Of a stretch of 64,000 nt of DNA, positions 26,755 to 39,133 are shown piece after piece. The notes below the pieces were generated by a model. The model was not told the DNA's origin, made no database searches, and saw only the letters and a list, made by a program, of their open reading frames with translations. The position numbers were made by a program, and so were the translations under genes. The stretch is from Lama glama (taxonomy: Eukaryota): assembly GCA_028534125.1 (NCBI GenBank), contig CM052817.1, positions 90,832,001 through 90,896,000 on the forward strand, in the 5' to 3' direction. The number at the start of each line of letters is the position of its first letter. Position 1 is the stretch's first letter.

Positions 26755-27000
26755 AATATGGCATAGTAGTTGAAGCTCAAGTTCTGGAATCAGGCAACAC
26801 TGGGTTTGACTCCTGACTCTGTATTTACCAACTCTCTTTGCCAGTTAGCCTCTCGGGTCTCACTTCAGTCATCTATAAAATGCAAGTAATAACAGTGCCT
26901 ACCTCAGAAGGTCACCGAGAACACTGAATGAGATGAAGTATGTAAATCTTTGGGCACATCTGTACGTAGTAAGTGCTCATTAAGTGGAAACTACTAACAA
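26755..27000 (+). mobile_element. Near full-length MIR SINE
   Basis: atatggcatagtagttgaagc...tctggaatcag...catctataaaatg...gtagtaagtgctcattaag. Confidence 0.9.
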
Positions 27001-30000
27001 TTTTATCTTGAGAGCAGAATCTGATATAAGGGATGTTTGAAGATTTGCTACTGCCTAATTTTTGGAGAAACCTCCAGGGAGGCATACTGCTTGCATTTTA
27101 ACACCTCAGCCAGCAAGTTCAGCATGCCTTCCTTTCTGCCCCAGGACATGGACAAGAGTGGACTTGTCACTTTGGCAACCTGAAACCTGACTGTGCTTCC
27201 TGCAATCACCCCAGGAATGTTTGTTACTCTGAATGTCTATCCATAATATTGTCAGGTCGGTAATTACTCCAACTGACAAAGATAATAATGTGTTAACAGA
27301 TCAGGCCTCCAGTGCTCATAAATGATACTCTCTCGCCTTCCTCAGCAAGTATCTCAGGGATGCAGGAGATGTGAGTTGATATTGGCCTCCGAGGTTTTCT
27401 GATGGCTGGCTCGCCCATGGCTGATGCTCAGGTGTGCTCCATTTACCTAGAGCCACCGGTTGTAATATACTCGTGCTGGTAGTTGACATCTTTTAATATC
27501 CGTTGCTCTCTTTCTGCCTAGCTCTTGCGGTTCCATCTTGACATGAAACCATTTCTGTTATGGCCATTACTAACTAAATAGCCCTTGGACTCTAGCTGGG
27601 AAACAGTGCCATCAATTCCTGAGAGTTATCCTATTTCCTGCACACAAAAATCCCAGCAGCTTCAGGACCATTTATACTTTATTATTTATACATCCAGGCC
27701 ATTTATTGCAAGAGACGGCCTCTCTCTGGGTTGGAGTAGGCAAATTATTCCATTTTCTCTTGTAAATGGTGCAACTCCTGATTCAGCAGCCTCAACAGGA
27801 GGTGTGCTTGGGATGGAAGTATATGCACATTCGTTGCTGAGAGCGGGAAATCATTATCTGTGCCCTCTTCTTCATTGGCACTTCAAACAGAGTGCGATTG
27901 AAGAGATGGGTTTTCATATCACTTTAGCCATTGGGGCAGGTTATTGTTGGAGAGAGAAAGATGGAAAGAGAGAGAGCTTGGACAGCTCGGATTCATTTTA
28001 ACGGTCTATTGGTTCCACTTAGTGAAGGCCTATTAATTGCATAACATGCATCTGTATCTGTGTCTTTCAAATAACATTTCTAACCACCTGGGGAACTGCT
28101 CAGAAAGCACAGAAGGATATATAAAGAATGGGTGCAATTAGGAAATTTCAATCAAGGATAGAGAAAGGTTTGAAGGGAGAAAAGGGAAAGATGCTCCAAC
28201 TTCAACTCTGTACGATATTTTTACCAAAAAGAAAAAAAAATTCTTTAGTTATTTAAGTCTTTCTTTTGTAAATTACTACGCAAATACAGATATTGAGGGA
28301 AGTAAATTCATCAGTGAAGGGATCAGGCATGTTGTGAAACATAAGAGAGCCAGGAGGTTTCCAGTTGAAAAACTGTTTTTATTTATTTTGATAAACACCC
28401 ACTTAAATTGTATTTTTCATTCCTATTTATCATTTCCTAATGAAATTCCATATTCATGAAATACAAGAATAGTTATTTTGGTATGTTTTTAACCCTACCT
28501 AGTATCTTGTGCCCACTGAGGGACCCCAAAGTGCATCTCTGACAAAGAGAAGACATCCTGATCCCCCTAAAGAGGAGCTGCCGACCAGGAGGATGCTTGC
28601 CACTTCCTGCCAGGACCACTCATCCAGTCTCTGTCACCGCAGTGCTATCTCCCTCAGCAGACCACAAGCTACTAGGGGACAAGAAGATTTCGCTAAGTAC
28701 ACTGTTTTCATTATCTCACCTTAGAAAAAAGCAAAACAAGTACTTTGAAAATTTGGAAAATATTTAGGTTATATATTTATTTGAGAGAAGGAAATCAATA
28801 ACAATAGAGCCTCTCTCTTTTTATTTGTAAGGATATTTTGCTTTGTTAGAAAAGACAAAGCATCCAACAAGAAGTGCCTCTGCTTCTAGAATACTCCCAG
28901 TTGGAAGGAATAAGCCAGTTAAGAGTGAGCTCCTTTTGATGTGGCCATTGAGAGCGGTGGATTAGCAAAGATGGGGCTCTCGCCCTGATGCCAAAGGGAC
29001 AGCAAGATCATCATAAGAGGACCGAGACTGGTCTCTGGCTGAAGCACATATTTGGCTCCTTTAGAGGATGCTTGGAAAGATCAATTCAACTCCTTGGCTT
29101 CTTGATCGGAGCCTAGCAGTAGACAACCTACAGTCCAGGAGGCCCAACTGATATGGTGCCCACTGCCCCTCAGTCTCCGCCCAGGAAAGGACACCTGGAC
29201 AGGGGACTTATCTTGTCTTGGGCCTACAGTTGGCTGTTAAGAGGATAAGTGGTTGGAACCTCCTTTTTAATCTTGGCCCACCACATAGCTAAAATACAGA
29301 CCTCTTCTGCTTTAAAAGTCTAAGTACCACAAGGAATAACTAATTCTATTTTCTCTCCTGGCAGGTAAGGCATTACAATAAGCTATTTCGCTGTTATAAT
29401 AGGACTTCTTATGAATCCAGGATGAGACCTAGGAGTTAAACTGTGATAAGTCCCAAGGAGGAGAATACAGTGCTGTCTTGAGCTGCATCAAAAGCAATTA
29501 TGAACAGCAACAACCTGTGACTTTCAGGACACCAGTCAGTGTTAGACTTAAAAGTCAGTCTGGAATTGGGTTTTGTTAAAGGCAGGATACTGAGACTTCC
29601 AGAGTGTCACCTTTAGCCCATACTACAAAGATTTCAAAAGCCTCCTGCACTATCAGGCAGAGACAACCTCTTTAACTCTACAATGTCATTTCAGACCATC
29701 AATAATAGGCACACGTGACTTTACTATCCCTGCACCACCAAGCTCAGTGTCTTCTAGTTGGCAATTCAGAATTGCTTGTTACATAAAATAAAGTGGAGTG
29801 GGATGAACTTCTTGCAGAGACTAGAAATTTAACAGTTTAGTGTATTCTCTCCCATATGACCTACTTTGTATGACCTTGTTACAAAGGAGTTATGCACTAG
29901 ATTAGGAAAAAATATACACTTTATCTCTACGTACCACAGGGGTGATCAAAACTGTCACATTTAGGGAATAATTTTTCAAAGGCAAATTGGCTCCACACAT

Positions 30001-30552
30001 AACACCAAGTGGAGAATCACAGCTAAGTCATACAACATCACTGATTAAACACATATGTTTTCTGAGTACCGAAGAAATATGCTGGATGGTGGTTTGGCTT
30101 AAGCCAATCTTGTAAGATAGAAATGACAAGGTTTTAACTTCTTGTCACTAGGACCCATTACTGATGAGTCAGACCATTTAAATATTTTGTCTGCCTATTC
30201 TTAACAGATGGAAATAGATATGAAAGAAAGTCATCTTCTACCACCTCGATCTCAGTCTCAGATTGCTCTGGTCATTGATTAGAGAGATCCACCTCCAACT
30301 AGCTGAAGGCCAGGAAAAAAAGAAAGAATTAACACTGTTTAAAAAGTGTCAAAATAAACTTTCCCAGGGAAGGGATAAACCCAAACAATGTGGACTGAAA
30401 AAATACTGAGAAGAAATATTCCCAAAGATTTCCTAAGGAATTGTATCATTCACTGTCTGTCTATTAGCAAATACAAGGCCAGCTCTATAACAGCTGAATC
30501 ATGACCCTAAGGAAGGGCTTTTTACCTTTTCACAGCAGGGAACACATAGAAA

Positions 30553-30574
30553 ATCATCATCATCATCATCATCA
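30553..30574. repeat. (ATC)7 microsatellite
   Basis: atcatcatcatcatcatcatca seen directly. Confidence 0.9.
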
Positions 30575-30764
30575 CAAAGTGTACTGTAGTAAATACTTAA
30601 TGTGGACAGAGGTGACGTGCAGTGGTTGAGATGCACATCCCAAAGCCAAAGAGATGAGCATCTCAAGCACTGTCCCCTCTGGAAGAGTAACTGGCAGACT
30701 TTTTCTGTAAAGGGCCGGATAGCAAATATTTTATTTACATTTTGCTTAAGTAAATCTCTTTCTC

Positions 30765-31310
30765 TGGAAGCAACCTAAATATCCATTGACAGATGACTGG
30801 ATAAAGAAAGTGTGGTATATACAAATATATACAATGGAATACTGCTCGGCCATTAAAAAGAATAAAATAATACCATTTGCAGCAACATGGATGGACCTCA
30901 AGATCAGCATACAAGTGAAATAAGCCAGAAAGAGAAAGAAAAATACCAAATGATGTCACTCATACGTGGAATCTTAAAAAGAAAAAAGAAGGACACAAAT
31001 GAACTTATTTATAAAAAAGACTCACAGACATGGAAAACAACCTTATGGTTACCAGTTTGGTATAGAAAAGTGGGTGTGGAGGGATAAATTGGGAAATCGA
31101 GAGTTGCAAATACTAACTACTATATACAAAATAGATAAATAACAAGGTCCTATTAGATAGCACAGGCAACTATATTTAATACCTTGTAATAGCCTATAAT
31201 GAAAAAGAATGTGAAAGGGATATATATATAACATGTATGACTGCATCACTATGCTGTACATCAGAAATTAATACAACACTGTAAATCAACTATACTTCAA
31301 TAAAAAAATA
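30765..31310 (+). mobile_element. 5'-truncated young L1 (ORF2 end + 3' UTR)
   Basis: tggaagcaacctaaatatccattgacagatgactggataaag...ctatacttcaataaaaaaa. Confidence 0.95.
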
Positions 31311-31313
31311 AGT

Positions 31314-31571
31314 CTCCAGGGGGTGGGAAGGGATAAATTGGGAGTTCGAGAGTTGCAGATACTAACTACTATATATAAAATAAACAATAAGCTCATACTG
31401 TGTAGCACAGGGAACTATATTCAGTATCTTATAGTAACTTATGGTGAAAAAGAATATGAAAATGAACGTATATATGTTCATGTATGACTGAAGCATTGTG
31501 CTGTACACCAGAAAGACAAAACATCATAAACTGACTACACTTCAATAAAAATATGTATTTTAAAAAAAATT
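31314..31571 (+). mobile_element. Second L1 3' UTR fragment nested in the tail of the first
   Basis: gggtgggaagggataaattgggagttcgag...ctacacttcaataaaa; flanked by aaaataagt at 31305-31313 and 31572-31580. Confidence 0.9.
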
Positions 31572-32457
31572 AAAATAAGTAAAAATAAACCTGGTTACCT
31601 CCCCCTAAGAAAGAAATATCTGTCTCAACTACTCAACTCGGATGTTGTAGTACAAAAGCAATCACAGACAATACATAAAAAAATGGGCATAACTGTGTTC
31701 AATAAAACTTGATTTGAAAAAAAACAGGAAATGGTAGGATTTGGCCATTGGGCCATAGTTTGCTGACCCTTACTCTAGGAGAACGAAATGGCAACTGAGT
31801 GAGTGGGCTCTGCCCCCAACACCACACACAGACACAATTTTTATCTATTTTGCCTAACTGAGTTTCCCACGTGAGATATTGTTTCACTATTTACATATTA
31901 CTAAAAAGCAAATTAAAACTTAGAAAACTAGGTCAAGAAATATTATAAAAATATATATCTTAAATATATATACTTTTTTTTCAGAAGGCAAGATTCGAGG
32001 GAAATTGATACTTGAAGAAATACTAACACCTAGGCACAAAGAAAGTATTTTACTCACTAAATTAAGACTGGCATCTACTATTTTGTTAAATCTAGATCTT
32101 CCTTTTAGTTTCAAAGAAAAAAAGAGGTTTGATTGCTTGTTTGTTTTTTCACTATTTATGTATTTACAAATACTGAAATATTCTAAGACCCCTGGGATGT
32201 TTATGAGCTCTGATTAAATCGCTTATAACTAAAGCACGAAAAGAAGTTTTGGGGCTTTTATTTACTTTCTTAACTAAGTGATAAATTTAGAAGCAAAATT
32301 TAATGGTATACCTGGGTAGAGGAAAAGTTTCTAGAGATTGAAGGGAGGAAAGACAGGTGACAATTTCAGCTAATTTTTACCTACCATTCTTGAAAGAGCT
32401 TTCTCGCTAATCCTGGAGAAAACTTACAGCAGGCTCTTCCCTTCAACCTAATTTGCT

Positions 32458-32590
32458 AGTAGTTTTCAAACTTCAATTGCATAATATTTAATTAGGGATG
32501 CTTATTGAAAATGCAGAATTCGATGATCCTCATTCAGAAGATCTGAGGTTAGGCCCATGTCAGCAGACCGCACTTGGAGAAACACCACTG
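32458..32590. mobile_element. MER5-like MITE with internal deletion
   Basis: agtagttttcaaactt...cttattgaaaatgcagaattc...gaccgcacttggagaaacaccactg. Confidence 0.65.
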
Positions 32591-34054
32591 TCGAGTGAAA
32601 TAATGACATAAACTTCACTGATTTATAGCAGTAGGCTCTTACCCTTCTGAAAGGTGGAGGAATTGGATAATAGTGTATTTTTTAGATGAGTGTTCTTTTT
32701 ATTGTGATTTTTTTCAATGACATGTGTTTGCCCTGAGCGTCTGAAGAATATTTTAGCTTCTTTGTTATTCCATTTGTTGATGTTCACTGATGTCTACTCC
32801 TAAAGGAAATGTTTTTAAAGGGTCCAGGAACACAACTACATACAGATATGATCTATATTTTAAAGCAGCACTAGGTTTGAGACCTTTCTCAGATGTCTTT
32901 GGGGAGTTGAGTTTATATTCAGTTCTAAAAGTACCAACCCTCGGTGGACACTAGTGTTGCAGTCAGCCAAACTGAAATCCTTGCACAAGGACATATTTTT
33001 AGCCAGTTCCAGAGTTCATTCAAATGATATTGAAAGTTTCTTGAACTTCATTTTCATGAGAAGTAGCTGCTATAACTTCTAAGGAAAAAAGAAAACAGTT
33101 GCAGGAACTGGAAGTATTGATCTCTGATGAAAAATGAAAAAAAGGAATGTAAAAGAAAAGGAACAAAATGTTGAGAGTGCCAAGTGTAAGCATGGTAAAA
33201 TTCTGTAACTATTCAGAAGACACCATCAACACTCTCTTAGTTGGGAGAGTCACATGTAGTTGAGAAGAGGGTATGAGGACAAAGAAATGTGTCCTGATGT
33301 CTGTGTTCTCTGTCAAACTCAAAGCTGCTGATTACATAGTTTCAGCCATTTTTGAAAAATGTGTTTTGGCACACACAAGTAAAGCTCTTAACTAATCCAG
33401 GACTGCTGATATGATGGCAGCCAGGGTTTATTTACAATTAGGCCTCACGTTCCCAAAAGTAAATCCATTTTTTACAATATGCAGGAAAATTACCTCTGCA
33501 AAAACTCCCCTAACCCCTCCCCCAAGGGTGTCCACTTGGGATGAGTGAATCAAATAATGAACCTGCTGAGTAGCACAAATATGAGAAAAGGGTTTGCAAC
33601 TCTCACAATTTCTGCTGCCTTTTAAAAGCTTACCAGGGCTACAGTTCCCCTCTCAGTAAGCCATGTTAGCCAGAAACCCAGAAAAACACTGAGTTTTGCT
33701 GGCCTGGAAGAGAATTTCCATCCTTAGAGTGAAAAACGCTGCTTATTCACCCTCATGTCCACGCCACACGCTACTTCTGCATTCACGTTTCAGTACTGAC
33801 TCAAAACATCACTCGCCTCTTTCATGTGGTTTCCTCCCCAAGATTTATTTCCTCAGAAAGGTCAGTTTTGCACACTACTTAAGACCTATTTGTGAAACTA
33901 CATCTTTCTACCTTTCCAGGATACACTTTTCCTGGTTTTTTTTTAAACCAGATTGTGTTCTATCAATAAAAACCAACAGCCCCTAAAAGAGAACTGGTTC
34001 GAAGCGGTGTACAGAGTAATCAAGTGCTTGTTGAAGGCTACTTCTACCCAACGG

Positions 34055-34605
34055 GAGACCTTGGAGTGTGGTGTGCAGTCCAGGAGCACCAGCATCACCT
34101 AGAAGAGATGCAGCCGTACAGAATCCCAAGAACAATTCAGACCTACAGAATCTAAATCTTCATTTCAACAAGATCCCCAAATGATTCATACTGTTGAAAT
34201 AATTTCCTAAGCCCAAGATGGAGTTGCACCTGCCTAGGATGCCTCACCAGCCGATTGAAACTTAAGAGAACATGTAAATGTTCTGCCTGCTCAGAAACAC
34301 AGGACATCGGGTCAGACAATCCCCAAATGCCAAGCCAACTCTGGGCTCTATACGTCTTTTTTTGTTCCTTCTCACCCCAAACAAGGTTGACTACATGGCC
34401 CCAGCCAATCAGATAGTTTCTATTTTTCTCTTCCTGCTCTTCACTCTTTAACCTATGAAAGCCTCCTGCCTTCTGTCTCATTTTGCAATACTTTGGATGG
34501 AGAATGTCTGCCTCGTGAAGTGTTAAATAAAGTGTGTTTGTATCACTTCAATTGTCTTCTCTAATTATTTTTTAATAGTATACACTTCAAAGTTTGAGAA
34601 GCTGA
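34055..34605. mobile_element. MER5A-type MITE split by an LTR
   Basis: cagcatcacctagaag...caacaagatccccaaatgattcatac [LTR] gtatacacttcaaagtttgagaagc. Confidence 0.8.
34192..34577 (+). mobile_element. ERV1-type solo LTR (386 bp)
   Basis: TGTTGAAA...TTTTAATA termini, CCAAT at 34405, TATA-like ctatgaaa at 34453, AATAAA at 34526; it cleanly interrupts MER5A. Confidence 0.8.
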
Positions 34606-34627
34606 AGTTCTTGCACGAACAAAGAGT

Positions 34628-34650
34628 AGGAGGAGGAGGAGGAGGAGGGA
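34628..34650. repeat. (AGG)n microsatellite
   Basis: aggaggaggaggaggaggaggg seen directly. Confidence 0.9.
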
Positions 34651-37364
34651 ATCCCAATCAGCAGGGAGGATGTTTTATGTGCACACCTAGCGCACATGCT
34701 CCCAAGATTCTGATTCCGCCATGCCTTGAGACTGTCCTGTGTGCACTGGGTGGAAGACATGCTGGAGATACTTCTTACATGTTTTTCCCTGATAGAAAGA
34801 GTCATAGGGTGTCATTGAGCCCTCTGTGTAGGGCAGACCACACAGATGGAAAAATTCTAGAGAAATAACTATTCTCATACTAGCTAATTTCAACCTTACA
34901 GCTCCAGGGCAGAAGACAGTGCCTGACATACAATAGGTGTTCACTAATATATATCAAGTGGAATCTGAAGAACACCAAAATCACTGACGGAAGATAGCGG
35001 CTGTTACAACAACTGGAACAAGACTTCTTGGGATGCTAACACGAGATTACCTCTCTTCATAGTTTCATTGCTCTGACCAAGTCAAAACCTTGGATTTGTG
35101 GAATTTATGGTCTGTTCCAAATCTAAACCTCAGCAAAAGCACAGCTCGGTTTGGTTAGGCCAGTAACACAAAGCTACTCACTGACATCATAGGGTATGTA
35201 TTCTAAGATTCTGAAGGCTTGTTTAAACCCATTAATATGGTATGCGAACGGCAAGAATTCAGTAAATGCTGCCGACAGACTGACAAGATCCACTCACCAC
35301 TGGTTTGAGTCTTTGTGACTCAGTTCAAAAGGAAAAGAATTCACAGGCTTCACCATCCATTGTGAAGCTGGGCAGCCTTTCACTGATGCAGAGGACTAAT
35401 TGCTTCTTTGTCTCCAGATTGCATATTGCTTATGACTGGCATGACATTCAGTACTCATGAAGCACAAATAGCGATCCCTGAAGCTGCTTTAACCTTTTCA
35501 GACTAGAGCAACTTGATTGTTCGCCTCATTACTCCCTCCAGACCTTCCCTGGGATGACAGCCCGAAATGGAGGGTTCCGCTGGCATCCTTCATTAGCCCT
35601 TTTTTCACCATTTCCTAGCACAGCCAATGTCCTGGGAGCACAGGCAGAAAACTCCAACCACCATCCCTCAAGTGTTTGAGTCCTTCGAGTCCCTGGGCAC
35701 ATTTCCTAACTATTAAATCATGGGTGTGCTTTCAAAACCATGAGCTTAATGAGCTCTGCCCACCCCAGCTGGCCCCAGGACAAACCCTTCACTGGAAAAT
35801 TCCTCTATGGTTTTCCTAGCACAAAGCAGGAGCAACAGTGAAAACAGAAAAGCTCCCCAACCTGAAATAAGGCAAATAAAAAATGATAACTGTTCCAAAA
35901 AGGCTGGAAAGGTAATCTGAAATAACACTTACTATCATATTTGGGATCAGATTCGAAGCTCCTGCTAATTTGATCCCAGCTGCTCTGCAGACTCACCATT
36001 CACAGCAGCCCCACCCCAACCCACGCACTACATCCCCGCCAGCTACACATCACTGCAAAGAGACACTATAGTTTTGCACATTTGGGTCCTCCACTCTACT
36101 TGGTAAATGTTTCCTCATCTGTGATGGCCTTCAAATGACTCCTCCATCAATCCTATTTGAACTGCAGGTCATTTTCTATCCTGCCAGTAAACTATAACTT
36201 TATATAAACCCCATTTTACAGCCGATCACATTTACGGTGTTTTTACCTGTGTCATGACCCTAGAATGTAAGATATTTCAGAGCAGGGACAGCACCTTGCA
36301 TATCCAGTGCCCAGCTAAGAAAGTATCTGACTTTGTGGAAATAAAAAAAATATGAGCAATCAAAAGTTTACGCCCAAAACTAGAGATATTTTAGGAAACA
36401 TGTAAGAGCCTCGAACATGCCTCCTTATTTTTGGAAAAAAATTCTATTGATAAACTAAATGTTAAAAAGTATACTGTAATGAGAAGTCCAATAACGCAAG
36501 TGTATGAAAGCAGTGGGCCACTCTCCTGTGCTGAGTTTAAGAAAACTACAGAAATTGCTACAACTTAGGAGTAATTAACTCTGTTTATCTAAACCAGAAG
36601 TAATAATCCCATTAATCTGAATGACTGAGAAGCATCTCAATCTTTACAAGAGCCAGTTTCATCATATTCATCCCATAGCCATATTATTTTGTTAAAAATG
36701 CTATTTAAATACTAATGAGATCATCTCAAAGCAAGCCAAAAGTGATATACTTTTATTATCTTTCAATTTAACAATGCAGTAAAAATAAATAAATGAAAGA
36801 CGAAATAAAATTAGGGTCTAGAAAAACACCTTGAGGAGATAAAAGTTTATCTGTAAAAATGACCATTCTGTTACTTATATTAACTTCAATTATCTTCTTT
36901 GAGAAAAATCTATGCCATATAATCTAGCCATGAGTGTTGAGAATGAAGGATTTCTTCATATGGTCACAAGTGCATATCGGAGGAAATATTTTCAGTCTAA
37001 GAAATATGGAGCATGCCCTTTGCTAAACAGGGATGAGGAAGGGTGAGGGAAAATGTTCCTCCCTTACGTGCTTTAACTTTTAATTAAACAGTCAAAAGGG
37101 CATCCAAGAAAAAGCCCTCTTTTTCAGGAAAAATATGATGCTAGGATATTTGAAAACATTTCTGGCAAAAGCATGATGAGAGGGGCCAAGTACAGGATGA
37201 TGAGTTTATAGACACTTCATTTCTTATTTTTTATACCTAAAAAATCCATTCTGATTCCCTACCCTTATATATGAAATTTCCTCTCTGACATGACTAATAT
37301 ACATAACCATTTCCTCACATGCATTATTTATACACTAGACTGATATAATCCTCTGGAAGGGGTC

Positions 37365-37880
37365 AAGTTCAGAGGTCAAGAGTACAGGTTCTGTATCCCA
37401 CGTTTCCCACTTAATAAATTTGGACAAGTAATTTCATGTCTCTGCCTCGTCTTCCTCATCTGTAAAATGGAGCTGATAAAAATAACCTATTTCATCCACT
37501 GACAGATAAAAGCATTCACATTTTAACATTTCTGAAATGAGGAGGGATCTTACTTGGAAGTTAAGTTCTTCCAGAGAGGATTTTCACATGCTCCTGACAG
37601 GAAATTTTCCGCCCTCCCTGAACCCAGTGCCAAGATTGAACCATGTGAGTTTTCCTCTTCTGGGCAATCAATTTATTTTCATTTACCCTTATCCTGAGGG
37701 TGGAGATTCCAGATTTACATGAAGGTCTCCTATCTTGTAATTTCACAATTGAAGACATCTTAGATGTGATGAACCACCTCAGAGAGCAGAGGTAAGGAAG
37801 CTGTGAACTAATGCAAGAAAGAGCCTGGAGCCGCACATGGTACAGAGTTGGCACTCAACAACTGCCAACTGTCATTTCTG
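37365..37880 (+). mobile_element. MIR SINE split by a DNA transposon
   Basis: tctgcctcgtcttcctcatctgtaaaatggagctgata (5' part); catggtacagagttggcactcaacaact (3' part). Confidence 0.7.
37486..37778 (+). mobile_element. MER104/Kanga-like TcMar-Tc2 element
   Basis: cctatttcatc...cacattttaacatttctgaaatgaggagggatcttac and cacaattgaagacatcttagatgtgatgaa match the two recalled MER104 ends. Confidence 0.6.
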
Positions 37881-37977
37881 CTGTACTATCAAGCTCTAGT
37901 TGTTGCTAACAGATCAGCATGTGACTTGCTTAATTCTCTTAATCAATGTCAAAAATGCATCAAACTGAAGACTGAGA

Positions 37978-38080
37978 CCCTATAATGAAAAAGAATATGA
38001 AAAGGAATATATATACGTATAAATGAGTCACCATGCTGTACACCAGAAATTAACACATTATAAATTGACTATACTTTAAA
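37978..38080 (+). mobile_element. Very short L1 3' terminal fragment
   Basis: cctataatgaaaaagaatatgaaaagg...gctgtacaccagaaattaacacattataaattgactatactt, homologous to 31193-31300. Confidence 0.9.
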
Positions 38081-39133
38081 TACTTAAATGTATATACTAT
38101 AATTATTAATCATTTATTACTAATTATATAGTAGATGTAATTATTAAATAATTATATTAAATAATTTATAATTAATTAAAAATTGGATTTTGATGCCAAG
38201 AGTAATAGATTAAAAAAAAATGAAGACAGAAAGCCATATGAAATAGCCCAATTCATAAAGCCTTGCCCTTTCGTATGCCTCAGGTGGCCCTGGCCTATCG
38301 CTGGCTACGGCCTCAATGAAGCAAAACACAAGATTCAGCCTGTATTTCAGAACCCATTTTGCCAAATGTTTCAAATCCGTCTGCTGGTTAAGACTGGCTT
38401 TACAGAGTGTTTCCTTTTCTGTAAATGGAAGAAGGGATTTAATCTAACAGTTCCTTCTTAACATGCTCAAAGTGGACTCCCTGGAGTTCCACAGATGCTG
38501 CATCAGCAGGGCGGGCAGGCTGCCTGGTAGAGAGACAGTCCTCCTGGCCTCCCAAAGACTAGCTCGAAGGTCATGCTACTTTGCTAATTCAGTAAAACGT
38601 AATTATGCTGCAAAAAAAAAAAACGGCTTCCTTTCTAACTCCCCTCACTGACATACAAAGTTCCTACCACTTATATTGTTTAAATGTCAGGATATTCGTG
38701 TACATCTTAAGCAGCAGTGTGTCCACTTCTACTCCAAGGGTTCTGGACTTGGGCTTTAGACTACAGAAGGAGCCTGTTGATATGCTCAGTCTACAGCCAA
38801 TGTCAATAATCTCTCTCCCTTTCCTGGGTTCGAGCCCTTTTCCTCTGCTGCTTAAGTATGAAGGAAACAGACAAATGATGGCAAAATAAGTATCTCTTTC
38901 ATAAATGCTTCACTGCACCCCTCCAGGTGCACTACTCGCATCACAACCTGTGTGAACAGCCCCCTGGAATTATCCAGGACACAATCCTTGAGGCCATAAA
39001 TGGCAACCTTGGTCCCAGGAATTGGAATCAAGGCAAACATCTCATGAATTCTTCACAATCAAAGCATTTCATTCTGATTCATTTGATGATGCCACACTAA
39101 TAAAATATCCTACATTAAAAATAAAGAACTTAC

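Larger units (their letters stand above)
30685..31772. mobile_element. MER58A hAT-Charlie MITE split by an L1/SINE insert
   Basis: Left arm ggcagactttttctgtaaagggccggatagcaaatatttt; right arm tctcaactactcaactc...gggccatagtttgctgaccct. Confidence 0.9.

Noticed and set aside
22463..29159. CRISPR-like or terminal direct repeats bounding a 6.6-kb element
   Set aside because: Only two copies, no array or spacers, and one copy interrupts a MIR whose halves are contiguous around it.
13289..35298. Isolated minus-strand GTGAGT donors (13289, 35292) and plus-strand mini-exon 16348-16382
   Set aside because: A given 6-mer is expected roughly 15 times per strand in 64 kb; no independent support.
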